DNA of 32,000 nucleotides, taken from positions 2,640,001 through 2,672,000 of the forward strand of contig NZ_CP065936.1 of NCBI RefSeq assembly GCF_003367075.2, given 5' to 3'. Position 1 is the stretch's first letter, and the number at the start of each line of letters is the position of its first letter. Position numbers and translations under genes: made by a program. The stretch is from Cylindrospermopsis raciborskii Cr2010. Lineage in GTDB: Bacteria > Cyanobacteriota > Cyanobacteriia > Cyanobacteriales > Nostocaceae. The notes beneath the pieces are model-generated. The model saw only the letters and a program-made list of their open reading frames with translations, was not told where the DNA came from and searched no databases. Of this stretch, positions 9,498 through 18,233 are shown in pieces.

Positions 9498-10423
9498 CAG
9501 ACAATAGAGAATGCAGTAGATCTAGTATTAGGGATGTTTCCATCAATTCCACTTCGCAGAGGGAAGCGGGTACCAGCGTTTAAGCTACGTATAAATAAAG
9601 CATTAGATATAATAAGAGTTTCCATTGATTCCACTTCCCAGAGGGAAGCGGGTCTCAAATCTCTACCGCTCAGCTCTAAAAGAGTTGGGTAGGTTTCCAT
9701 TGATTCCACTTCCCAGAGGGAAGCGGGTGTGTTTCCCTTATTGGTTGTAACGGAACTATTATCGCGTTTCCATTGATTCCACTTCCCAGAGGGAAGCGGG
9801 TTGGTGTTAGAGAGTCTTGGATAGATGTATATGATAGGGTTTCCATTGATTCCACTTCCCAGAGGGAAGCGGGTAAGCATTGGAGTGGACAAAACAAAAG
9901 ACGGGTTATGTGGTTTCCATTGATTCCACTTCCCAGAGGGAAGCGGGTTATTCGACAGATTTTAACTACTTTCAAATTACTGGGAAGTTTCCATTGATTC
10001 CACTTCCCAGAGGGAAGCGGGTAGATTCATTTTTCGACGAACCGGTAACCCCGGTAACCCCGTTTCCATTGATTCCACTTCCCAGAGGGAAGCGGGTGAC
10101 ATCTGCATCTACGCAGAAGCCGACTGCTCACTGGACGTTTCCATTGATTCCACTTCCCAGAGGGAAGCGGGTATTAAACCCCACGGGGAAAATACAGATT
10201 ATTTAGAGGTTGTTTCCATTGATTCCACTTCCCAGAGGGAAGCGGGTAGCTATGAAGAAATTAATTTCTTTTTTTGTGGCGGAAGGTTTCCATTGATTCC
10301 ACTTCCCAGAGGGAAGCGGGTCCTTTATGAATTACAGCAATTTTCATGTAGTTAAACTACAAAATAAGATAAGCTATAATAAGGGTAATAAACTAAAATA
10401 GAGTAGAAGTACTGTCAAATTAT

Positions 10424-10792
10424 ATGCCAAAACCTTATTCAATAGATTTGCGTAATCGCGTGATTGTAGCATGGGTTGCTCAAGAGGGATCTCAACGCCA
10501 GTTGGCAGAAAGATTCAAGGTCAGCTTATCATTTGTGAGAAATTTAGTACGTCGTTATCGTGAAACTGGGCAAGTTGAGCCAAAGCAATGTGGAGGATAT
10601 GAAAAGCCTGTAATTGCAGGCCAATATTTAAACATGATCAAGTCTTGGCTGGATGAGAAAAATGATTTACTACTTTCAGAATTGTGCGATCGCCTGAGAG
10701 AAACGACGGGCACTAGTGTTAGTATCACAACCATGCATCGAGCCTTAGAAAAGTTGGGTCTACGTCATAAAAAAAAGTCTAAATGCCAGTGA
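10424..10792 (+). CDS. IS630-family transposase, N-terminal HTH part (orfA)
   Basis: MPKPYSIDLRNRVI..SQRQLAERFKVSLSFVRNLVRRYRETG is typical of the IS630 helix-turn-helix domain. It ends just after an A8 run (10769-10776). Confidence 0.85.
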   Translation: MPKPYSIDLRNRVIVAWVAQEGSQRQLAERFKVSLSFVRNLVRRYRETGQVEPKQCGGYEKPVIAGQYLNMIKSWLDEKNDLLLSELCDRLRETTGTSVSITTMHRALEKLGLRHKKKSKCQ

Positions 10793-10868
10793 ACAGGAGA
10801 CTCCACGTGTTCAAGAATTAAGGCATGATTATCGTCGTTGGGTAGATACAGTTGATATTAGAAATTTA

Positions 10869-11372
10869 GTGTTTTTAGATGAATCGGGGATAAATTTAGG
10901 GATGTCAAGGTTGTTTGCCAGAAGCCAAGATGGACAAAGAGCAATTGGTAGCGTACCAGGAAACAAGGGCAAAAATATTTCTCTGATTGGGGCTTTAAAT
11001 ATGGATGGAATTCTGGCAGCAATGACTGTAGAGGGAAGCACAAATACAGAAGTATTTCTCACTTATGTAAATCAGGTTTTAGTACCTCAATTATGGAAAG
11101 GGGCTATTGTTGTTATGGATAATTTAAAGGTTCATTATGCCGAGCGCGTGAGATTGTCAATTGAATCAGTCGGTGCAAAAGTTAAGTTTTTACCCCCCTA
11201 TTCTCCAGACTTATCTCCGATAGAATTGTGTTGGTCAAAATTAAAGCAATTTCTCCGTAGTCGGGAGGCACGAACATTAGAAGCCCTAAATGAGGCCATG
11301 ACAAGTGCAGTAAATTATATTACAGCAGAGGATGCGCTTAATTGGTTCAATCATTGTGGTTTATTTACATGA
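10869..11372 (+). CDS. IS630-family transposase, DDE catalytic part (orfB, +1 frame relative to orfA)
   Basis: VFLDESG...VMDNLKVH...LPPYSPDLSPIELCWSKLK is the DD(34-35)E signature of IS630. Coding similarity in this frame extends upstream to the A-run (SLNASEQETPRVQELRHDYRRWV). Confidence 0.85.
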   Translation: MFLDESGINLGMSRLFARSQDGQRAIGSVPGNKGKNISLIGALNMDGILAAMTVEGSTNTEVFLTYVNQVLVPQLWKGAIVVMDNLKVHYAERVRLSIESVGAKVKFLPPYSPDLSPIELCWSKLKQFLRSREARTLEALNEAMTSAVNYITAEDALNWFNHCGLFT

Positions 11373-13449
11373 AAACTGCTGTAATAGGGGCTTTAAGCCT
11401 CTATTAAGTTTCCATTGATTCCACTTCCCAGAGGGAAGCGGGTGAGCAAACTTAACAAACAAGGAGGTTGGTACGAAGTTTCCATTGATTCCACTTCCCA
11501 GAGGGAAGCGGGTTTATGAAGAATTAGAGTCTTCTAAAGTCTTATTGCGGGTTTCCATTGATTCCACTTCCCAGAGGGAAGCGGGTTCCATAATTTGTTT
11601 AGCATAATCTAGAGCTCCTTGTATGTTTCCATTGATTCCACTTCCCAGAGGGAAGCGGGTTTAAAGGCTAGATACCCCTAACCAAATGAACAGTTTTTCG
11701 TTTCCATTGATTCCACTTCCCAGAGGGAAGCGGGTTAACTGTCCACCTGTTTTTTAGTCTCACTGAATAATTGTTTCCATTGATTCCACTTCCCAGAGGG
11801 AAGCGGGTCAGATGGGCATCGATTGGCTGTCATTGAAGTACCAGTTTCCATTGATTCCACTTCCCAGAGGGAAGCGGGTTGCCCAACTTCGGCGTTCTGG
11901 GAGCTAATGGTCAGTTCAGTTTCCATTGATTCCACTTCCCAGAGGGAAGCGGGTGTAAGTACGAGATGACAAACTTCTGGTCATCCAAATATGTTTCCAT
12001 TGATTCCACTTCCCAGAGGGAAGCGGGTTCAAGAGATATGAGGAGCTGTCAGGGACGACCTACCCGTTTCCATTGATTCCACTTCCCAGAGGGAAGCGGG
12101 TAAGAGACTGTAATCCTGGTAATCGCAGCGGTTGTTTCAGTTTCCATTGATTCCACTTCCCAGAGGGAAGCGGGTTTTACGCAGCAAAAGGCTTTGATTT
12201 TGCCTCGCTCAAAGAGTTTCCATTGATTCCACTTCCCAGAGGGAAGCGGGTGAGATAAGGTTATGGAGATTGTTACTTTGATGAATGTTTCCATTGATTC
12301 CACTTCCCAGAGGGAAGCGGGTAGGATTTGTGGGAAGATTACCAATCCGACCAAACACCAAGTTTCCATTGATTCCACTTCCCAGAGGGAAGCGGGTACT
12401 TCTGGAATAAAGTCGATCATCTGATCGACGAGTTAGGTTTCCATTGATTCCACTTCCCAGAGGGAAGCGGGTTGATGTTCAAACAGGTAGCCCACAGGAA
12501 TATGACCTAGTTTCCATTGATTCCACTTCCCAGAGGGAAGCGGGTAATCTGCAACGCCCTATCAGAGCTACAAGATCAGCTAGATGTTTCCATTGATTCC
12601 ACTTCCCAGAGGGAAGCGGGTCAAATATCTCGCTATCCCCCACTGCTCAGCCGCATTCTTGAGTTTCCATTGATTCCACTTCCCAGAGGGAAGCGGGTTA
12701 TCTGCATTACGCAGAGACCCCAACGGCATACATTGGGAGTTTCCATTGATTCCACTTCCCAGAGGGAAGCGGGTAGGTAGACGAGGTGAGACAATGCTTA
12801 CGATAAACGTGTTTCCATTGATTCCACTTCCCAGAGGGAAGCGGGTCCCTCCATTTTAAGCCCTTGCCCTGACTGGTGTCTAGACCCACTTTGCGAAGGT
12901 CAGCAAAATTTCTCTCTTTTTCACCTCCACTACCCTCAAAATAATGGCTGAAACCCTTACCCCACAAGGCTGCGAGGTTCCCGACGAAATAATAGGCATT
13001 CCAGCGTTTTTTCTTGACCTTCGCAGTTCCTTCGTTAATTACTAGTTTTAGTGTCATTTGTATTACTTTACTTTTTAAATATACTTGGTTAATAAAATTT
13101 AAAATAAATCCTGGAATCCCCCTATTATAGAGAATTTATAGAATAATAGTCAATATTGTAGAACCAACAACATAATGTAACATTTAAATTTTCTAATGTC
13201 AGTCGTTTATTGGAGATTTTAGAGAACAAATCCAGCCAGGTTCTAGATGAGATGAAAAAACTATCCGAACCACTGTTTTTATTAACACTACTACTGGCGA
13301 TCGCATGAGATTCAAAATACCCAATAGGCATCAAGTATAAAGTTTATAGTGGATTACTAGCACACCAGTATACCACAAAATCTATATATAAATATAGCAA
13401 CTTAAAACATTAGCAAAATGGTAAAGTCTAGAAAACAGACTGTGTAAGA

Positions 13450-13616
13450 GCGATCGCCTATGAGGAGTGCTTCGCAATCGCCCATCTGCAAAAAAACACT
13501 GTACTAGGACAAATGTTACAATAGTAACCTGTAAGATGCAATCGCTTTGCGACAGCATAAAGCTATAAGTAAAATCTGTTAAGTGCAATCTCCCGTAGGG
13601 AGTGCTTCGCAATCGC
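13450..13616 (+). repeat. HIP1-associated small dispersed repeat, copy C (most complete copy)
   Basis: GCGATCGCCtatGAGGAGTGCTTCGCAATCGCC - body (CTGCAAAAAAACACTGTACTAGGACAAATGTTACAATAGTAACCTGTAAGATGCAATCGCTTTGCGACAGCATAAAGCTATAAGTAAAATCTGTTAAGTGCAATCT) - CCCGTAGGGAGTGCTTCGCAATCGC. The two GGAGTGCTTCGCAATCGC ends are direct repeats. Confidence 0.8.
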
Positions 13617-13679
13617 TATTTTGTAGCATTATTTCCCCAGACTATTAGTTTGCTTTTACACATTTATATATAAAATCCC

Positions 13680-13709
13680 TTGTCAATAAAAAGTACAAGG
13701 GTTTATAAT
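13680..13709 (+). promoter_or_regulatory. Candidate sigma70-type promoter for the defence operon
   Basis: TTGTCA (13680-13685), 18-nt spacer, TATAAT (13704-13709), about 130 nt upstream of ATG 13839. It overlaps a 7-bp stem hairpin (CCCTTGT..ACAAGGG). Sequence pattern only. Confidence 0.3.
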
Positions 13710-13838
13710 TATTACCATATAATCTAGACCAAAACTGATTAGTGAGATCGCCCCTTTTAAGAAGTGTATCTGAACTAGTGTAATGTTTATTATAACATGG
13801 TAAAATTGTATTTACCAAAATATATACTTAGATAAAAT

Positions 13839-16800
13839 ATGATACCATCAGTACTAGCAAACCAAATTCGCAACTATGTAGAAGACTTTATTTCTACTAC
13901 TTTTCATCCGACTAATAGTCCTTTTAAAAATTTAATTGGTGATTTTTTACATCCACCTATAATAAGAGAAAGAGAGGGAGAATCAGGAGAAGAATCAGGG
14001 GTTTATCAGCCTGGAAATAATGTGTGTAAGGGACCCTATGTTTCATTGGGTATGCCTTTTAAAACTGGCTCTATTGGTAGGGACTTTTTCCCCCATATTC
14101 CCCTAGATTTTATCCCCTATTTACATCAACAAGAGGCTTTTACTCGCTTGATGCCTCCCCATTATCATTCTACTTTAATTGCAACGGGGACTGGGTCAGG
14201 AAAAACAGAGTGTTTTTTAATTCCCGTTTTAGAACATTGCCGAATTTATTCTCAAGAAGGGGGAATCAAGGCAATTCTCATCTATCCGATGAATGCCTTG
14301 GCAACGGATCAGGCTAAACGAATAGCTAAGTTTATTAATTCTATTCCTTCACTAAAGGGGAAGGTTACGGCGGGGTTATATGTGGGTGAGGAAGATGAAA
14401 ATCCCACTAAGGTGATGACTAAAGAAAAGGTTATTACTGATAAACAAATACTCTTGGCATCTCCCCCGGATATTCTGCTGACCAATTATAAAATGTTAGA
14501 TTATCTGTTAATTCAACCCAATTCTCAATCTCTATGGCAAAATAATCAACCAAACACTCTCCGCTATCTGGTGGTAGATGAGTTCCATACTTTTGATGGT
14601 GCCCAAGGGACTGATTTAGCTTGTTTATTACGTAGGCTGAAATATCGCTTGCAGGTGCCTGAAAATTTTTTAACCTGTGTGGGAACTTCTGCTACCCTGG
14701 GAGTGGGGTCTAATGCCAAAGGGTCAGGGAATATTTTACGCTATGCTGAAACTATATTTCAAGAGTGTTTTGAAGACCAGGCCTTAATAGAAGAAAAACG
14801 CATTCCTGATATGGAGTTTTTAGCGGGAAGTCTACTGAATGTAATTCCCATACCTACTCAAGATTATAAAGAGGTTCTGAGTGCCGAAAATTATCTGTTT
14901 CCAGCAGATTATATTCGCGCCCAAGCTGAACTTTGGTTACAAAGGTCTGGGGGATATGGCATATCAGAACCTGGTGCAGATTTAGGAGAAGAATGGTGTC
15001 TAGAATTGGGTAGAGATTTGAAAACCTTGCCTATTGTTCATAATCTGGTGCGAATTCTGTCTAAAAAGAGCTATACTTATGATGAAATTATAGAGCAGAT
15101 TGGTCGTCGTCTTCATTTCCCTAATAATAATAGTCCGGAGAATAGGTATTTTAATTTTTTGTTGTTGGATAGTATATTTTCTTTAATGGCTGTAGCTCGC
15201 TCTCAAGATGTGGCTAATAGTTCTGTGGTAAGACCTTGGGCTAATTTAAGGGTACATGTATGGTTCCGGGAACTAAAACGAATGGTGGCTACCGTGGAAC
15301 CAACACCACGGCTTTTATTTTCCGATGATTTAACAGCAGAAATTAAAGAAAAAACTAAAACTATGCCTGTTATTCACTGTCGTAGTTGTGGTATGACGGG
15401 ATGGGGTGCAATAAAAAGATCCCAAAATGATGATAAATTAATTCTAAATTTACAAGATTTCTATCAGGCATTTTTTAGTTATAATCCTCTGACTTGTTTT
15501 ATTTTTCCTAAAAATAATCCCAAAAATAATCCCAAAAATAATCTAGATCCTGCTTTTGCTGCTCGTCTTTGTTCCAAGTGTTTAAAAATTAATTTGCCTG
15601 ATGCAGTTACTTGCCATAGTTGTAATTCCCAAGAATTAATAGATGTAGAAATTCCAGATATACTGAAAGTAAAAAAAGCAAATAAGCAGTCTAAGTCTGT
15701 TTCTACTCATGACTGTCCTTACTGTCAAGCTACTAATAGTTTATCTATTTTAGGTTCTCAAGCTGCTAGTTTGACCAGCACTATTGTGAGTACCCTTTAT
15801 ACTACTCAGTTTAATCAAGATAAGAAACTGTTGGCTTTTTCTGATTCAGTTCAAGATGCAGCCCATCGCGCAGGATTTTATAATTCTCGAACCTATCGCA
15901 CTACCCTTAGAACAGCTATTTTTCAAGCAGTGCAGAATTTAAGCGCGGGAGAGGGAAAGATAAGTTTGAAACAACTAGTAGAGGGTTTTTCAGACTATTG
16001 GTTGACTACCTTAACCAAAGAGGGTGATAAGGATTACACTAAATATGTGGCCACCTTTCTTCCCAGTGATTTACATTGGTTGCAAGAATGGGAAAAACTG
16101 ATAGAGAATCCCGACTCTTTAAGCAAAGAGGAACTTACTCGTTTGCTGAGTTTTTTAAAAAAACGTCTGGAATGGGAAGTTGTAGCTCAGTTTAGTCATC
16201 GCGCTACCATTGGTACCACCCTCGAGTCTAGTGGGTTATGTAGTGTGGGTTTTAATCAATCTATTATTGAGCAGTCTGTACAAGAATTAATTATTTATTT
16301 AAATAATGAGATAGAGCTATTGCATGGTGTGTCATACCCCAAAGTGCATGAATTTATATTTGGTATACTTAATCATCTACGCCTTTTAGGGGGCATATAC
16401 CAACCTGTAGTGGCTAATCATGGGTATATTGAAACAGGGGGTAACCATTTTGTATGGAGTAAGTTATGGTTTATGCCTAAATTTAGTTATTCAGCTACTA
16501 TTCCTAGATTTTTGACTACCAACAATGGAGAAAATAGCTGGGAGGCAGTTTTTTCTAATTCTCCTAGGGGAAGTTGGTGTGAAAATTGGACAGAGCGGGT
16601 GTTTAGTTCTTTTGGTTTATTGATGAGAGAACAGTGCAAACAAATTCTCTACCAGACCCTGGATATACTGACTAAAACGAAGATTTTAGAAAGGAGAAAA
16701 TCGGAAAAAGGGGATGTTTGGGGAATTCCTATGAATGTGATGGAGATTTTTCCCCAGGGTGATGTTTTTTTATGTGATAGCTGTAATCACTCAGTCACTC

Positions 16801-18233
16801 TCTCCCCCCATGCTGGGGTAGGAGGTGCTTGTTATAACAGTAAATGTAACGGAAAATACCAGATTCCCAGTTCAGGTCTAGTTTATTATTCCCAACTTTA
16901 TCAAAGGGGTCAGGTTCACCGGGTGTTTGCTCAAGAACATACAAGTATGCTTAGTCGTCCACACCGGGAGAACTTAGAAAGATTGTTTATTACTAGTGCC
17001 CGTGCTTGTGACCCTAATTTGATTTCTGCTACCTCTACTCTAGAAATGGGTATTAATATTGGTGACTTATCTAGTATAGTTCTTTGTTCCATTCCCCCCA
17101 ATAGTGCTAACTTTCAACAACGGGTAGGAAGAGCAGGGCGAAAACAGGGTAATGCACTCATCAGTGCGATCGCTACTGGAAAAGCCCATGATTTATTTTT
17201 CTATGCAGATCCTGGGGAATTGATAGATGGGAGGGTAGAACCAGCGGGGTGTTATTTAAACGCAGCAGCTATCTTAAAAAGACAGTTAACAGCTTTTTGT
17301 TTAGACTGTTGGGTGACCCAGGGGGTAAGTAAGGAGGAGTTACCGATTCAATTGCAAAAGAGTTTAGATGCGGTAGATAAGTGTGATGAAGGACGTTTTC
17401 CTTACACCTGGCTGAAGTTTATTGAGCGTCATAAGAAAAAGTTGCTAGATGATTTTTTGTCTTTGTTTACAAATCTAAGGGAAGGAAGGGAGAAAACCAG
17501 GGATAACACTCAATATGAAGACTATAATCGTGTGGATGGGGAATATTTAAGGAAAGAATTAGGTGCTTTTATAGGGATAACTCCAGGAGATGGAATACAC
17601 CTGGATATATTAGAAAGGTTGAAGGAAATAAATAAAGAGCGTAAGCGTATAAAAAATCTAATAGATTCTATTGGAAGAACCATAAAGAAAATGGGTGAAA
17701 AACCGGATACGATTCAAAATTTACCGAACAACCAGGATCTAAAACAGGAACTAGAAGAGGAAAAACTAGCCTTTCAACAACTAATTAAAGAAATTAATCA
17801 GAAAAATTTGTTTAACTTTCTCACAGATGAGGGGATGTTACCCAACTACTCTTTTCCGCAAGCGGGGGTAACCCTGCGCTCTGTCATTCTCCGAAGGGAG
17901 AAACCAGATGAGGATAGCTCCAATAGAGAAACTACTTACAAAAACCTAACTCCCTTTGCTTATACTTATGAGAGACCGAGCCAAATTGCTATTAGAGAAC
18001 TTGTACCTGGTTGTGTGTTTTATGCAGAGGGTAGATCTATAACCATAGACCAAATAGATTTAAAACTATCTGAACCAGAAAAATGGCGCATCTGTCGCAA
18101 CTGTCATTATGCTGCACCTGATTTTTCTAATAGCCAAAAAACTTGTCCTCGCTGTGGAGACACCATGTGGGGAGACCAAGGTAGATTACATGATGTGTTG
18201 TCTCAAACAAGTAATAGCCACCACCTCAGATAG
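13839..18233 (+). CDS. Large DExH-box SF2 helicase with Zn-ribbons (DISARM DrmA-like, or the N-terminal two-thirds of a Druantia DruE-like protein)
   Basis: 1,464-aa ORF. Motif I ATGTGSGKTECFLIP, Ia LIYPMNALATDQ, II VVDEFHTFDG, III GTSATLG. After a ~700-aa insertion come motif V SATSTLEMGINIG and VI QQRVGRAGR. Also present are FSDSVQDAAHRAGFY, several CxxC pairs (CRSCG, CSKC..CHSC, CPYC), and a C-terminal LPNYSFP + CRNC..CPRC module typical of DUF1998-associated helicases. Confidence 0.85.
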   Translation: MIPSVLANQIRNYVEDFISTTFHPTNSPFKNLIGDFLHPPIIREREGESGEESGVYQPGNNVCKGPYVSLGMPFKTGSIGRDFFPHIPLDFIPYLHQQEAFTRLMPPHYHSTLIATGTGSGKTECFLIPVLEHCRIYSQEGGIKAILIYPMNALATDQAKRIAKFINSIPSLKGKVTAGLYVGEEDENPTKVMTKEKVITDKQILLASPPDILLTNYKMLDYLLIQPNSQSLWQNNQPNTLRYLVVDEFHTFDGAQGTDLACLLRRLKYRLQVPENFLTCVGTSATLGVGSNAKGSGNILRYAETIFQECFEDQALIEEKRIPDMEFLAGSLLNVIPIPTQDYKEVLSAENYLFPADYIRAQAELWLQRSGGYGISEPGADLGEEWCLELGRDLKTLPIVHNLVRILSKKSYTYDEIIEQIGRRLHFPNNNSPENRYFNFLLLDSIFSLMAVARSQDVANSSVVRPWANLRVHVWFRELKRMVATVEPTPRLLFSDDLTAEIKEKTKTMPVIHCRSCGMTGWGAIKRSQNDDKLILNLQDFYQAFFSYNPLTCFIFPKNNPKNNPKNNLDPAFAARLCSKCLKINLPDAVTCHSCNSQELIDVEIPDILKVKKANKQSKSVSTHDCPYCQATNSLSILGSQAASLTSTIVSTLYTTQFNQDKKLLAFSDSVQDAAHRAGFYNSRTYRTTLRTAIFQAVQNLSAGEGKISLKQLVEGFSDYWLTTLTKEGDKDYTKYVATFLPSDLHWLQEWEKLIENPDSLSKEELTRLLSFLKKRLEWEVVAQFSHRATIGTTLESSGLCSVGFNQSIIEQSVQELIIYLNNEIELLHGVSYPKVHEFIFGILNHLRLLGGIYQPVVANHGYIETGGNHFVWSKLWFMPKFSYSATIPRFLTTNNGENSWEAVFSNSPRGSWCENWTERVFSSFGLLMREQCKQILYQTLDILTKTKILERRKSEKGDVWGIPMNVMEIFPQGDVFLCDSCNHSVTLSPHAGVGGACYNSKCNGKYQIPSSGLVYYSQLYQRGQVHRVFAQEHTSMLSRPHRENLERLFITSARACDPNLISATSTLEMGINIGDLSSIVLCSIPPNSANFQQRVGRAGRKQGNALISAIATGKAHDLFFYADPGELIDGRVEPAGCYLNAAAILKRQLTAFCLDCWVTQGVSKEELPIQLQKSLDAVDKCDEGRFPYTWLKFIERHKKKLLDDFLSLFTNLREGREKTRDNTQYEDYNRVDGEYLRKELGAFIGITPGDGIHLDILERLKEINKERKRIKNLIDSIGRTIKKMGEKPDTIQNLPNNQDLKQELEEEKLAFQQLIKEINQKNLFNFLTDEGMLPNYSFPQAGVTLRSVILRREKPDEDSSNRETTYKNLTPFAYTYERPSQIAIRELVPGCVFYAEGRSITIDQIDLKLSEPEKWRICRNCHYAAPDFSNSQKTCPRCGDTMWGDQGRLHDVLSQTSNSHHLR

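Larger units (their letters stand above)
10335..11381 (+). mobile_element. IS630-family insertion sequence (1,047 bp) inserted in a CRISPR spacer
   Basis: Imperfect ~30-bp terminal inverted repeats (CAGCAATTTTCATGTAGTTAAAC... / ...GTTTATTTACATGAAAACTGCTG). The element is flanked by duplicated TA (10333-10334 and 11382-11383), the IS630/Tc1-mariner target hallmark. The flanks rejoin to a normal 37-nt spacer. Confidence 0.9.
9536..12846 (-). CRISPR. CRISPR array of 31 repeats (11 + 20, split by an IS630 element); no cas genes in this window
   Basis: The 36-nt repeat GTTTCCATTGATTCCACTTCCCAGAGGGAAGCGGGT was located by hand at 9536, 9618, 9693, 9766, 9839, 9913, 9987, 10062, 10137, 10212, 10286, 11408, 11478, 11551, 11625, 11700, 11773, 11844, 11919, 11993, 12066, 12140, 12216, 12287, 12362, 12437, 12510, 12586, 12663, 12739 and 12811. 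Spacers are unique: 34-41 nt, plus one of 46 nt. A minus-strand orientation is inferred for two reasons. The reverse complement ends in ...ATGGAAAC and carries a CTTCCC-TCT-GGGAAG hairpin. The mutated repeats (9536 with 2 mismatches, and the fossil at 9456) lie at the low-coordinate end, which would be the trailer. Confidence 0.97.

Noticed and set aside
9497-12780. ORF-track entries inside the CRISPR array: 9497-9892, 9676-9975, 9773-9997, 9880-10206, 11735-11935, 12049-12420, 12517-12780 and the array-overlapping part of 12707-13057.
   Set aside because: Their peptides are reiterations of the translated repeat (FPLIPLPRGKRV on plus; ASLWEVESMET / PLPSGKWNQWK on minus). They are artefacts of a stop-free repeat, not genes.
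13677-13704. Hairpin CCCTTGT-N11-ACAAGGG-TTT as an intrinsic terminator.
   Set aside because: No upstream plus-strand gene needs termination here. The same bases form a good TTGTCA-N18-TATAAT promoter candidate, which is reported instead at low confidence.
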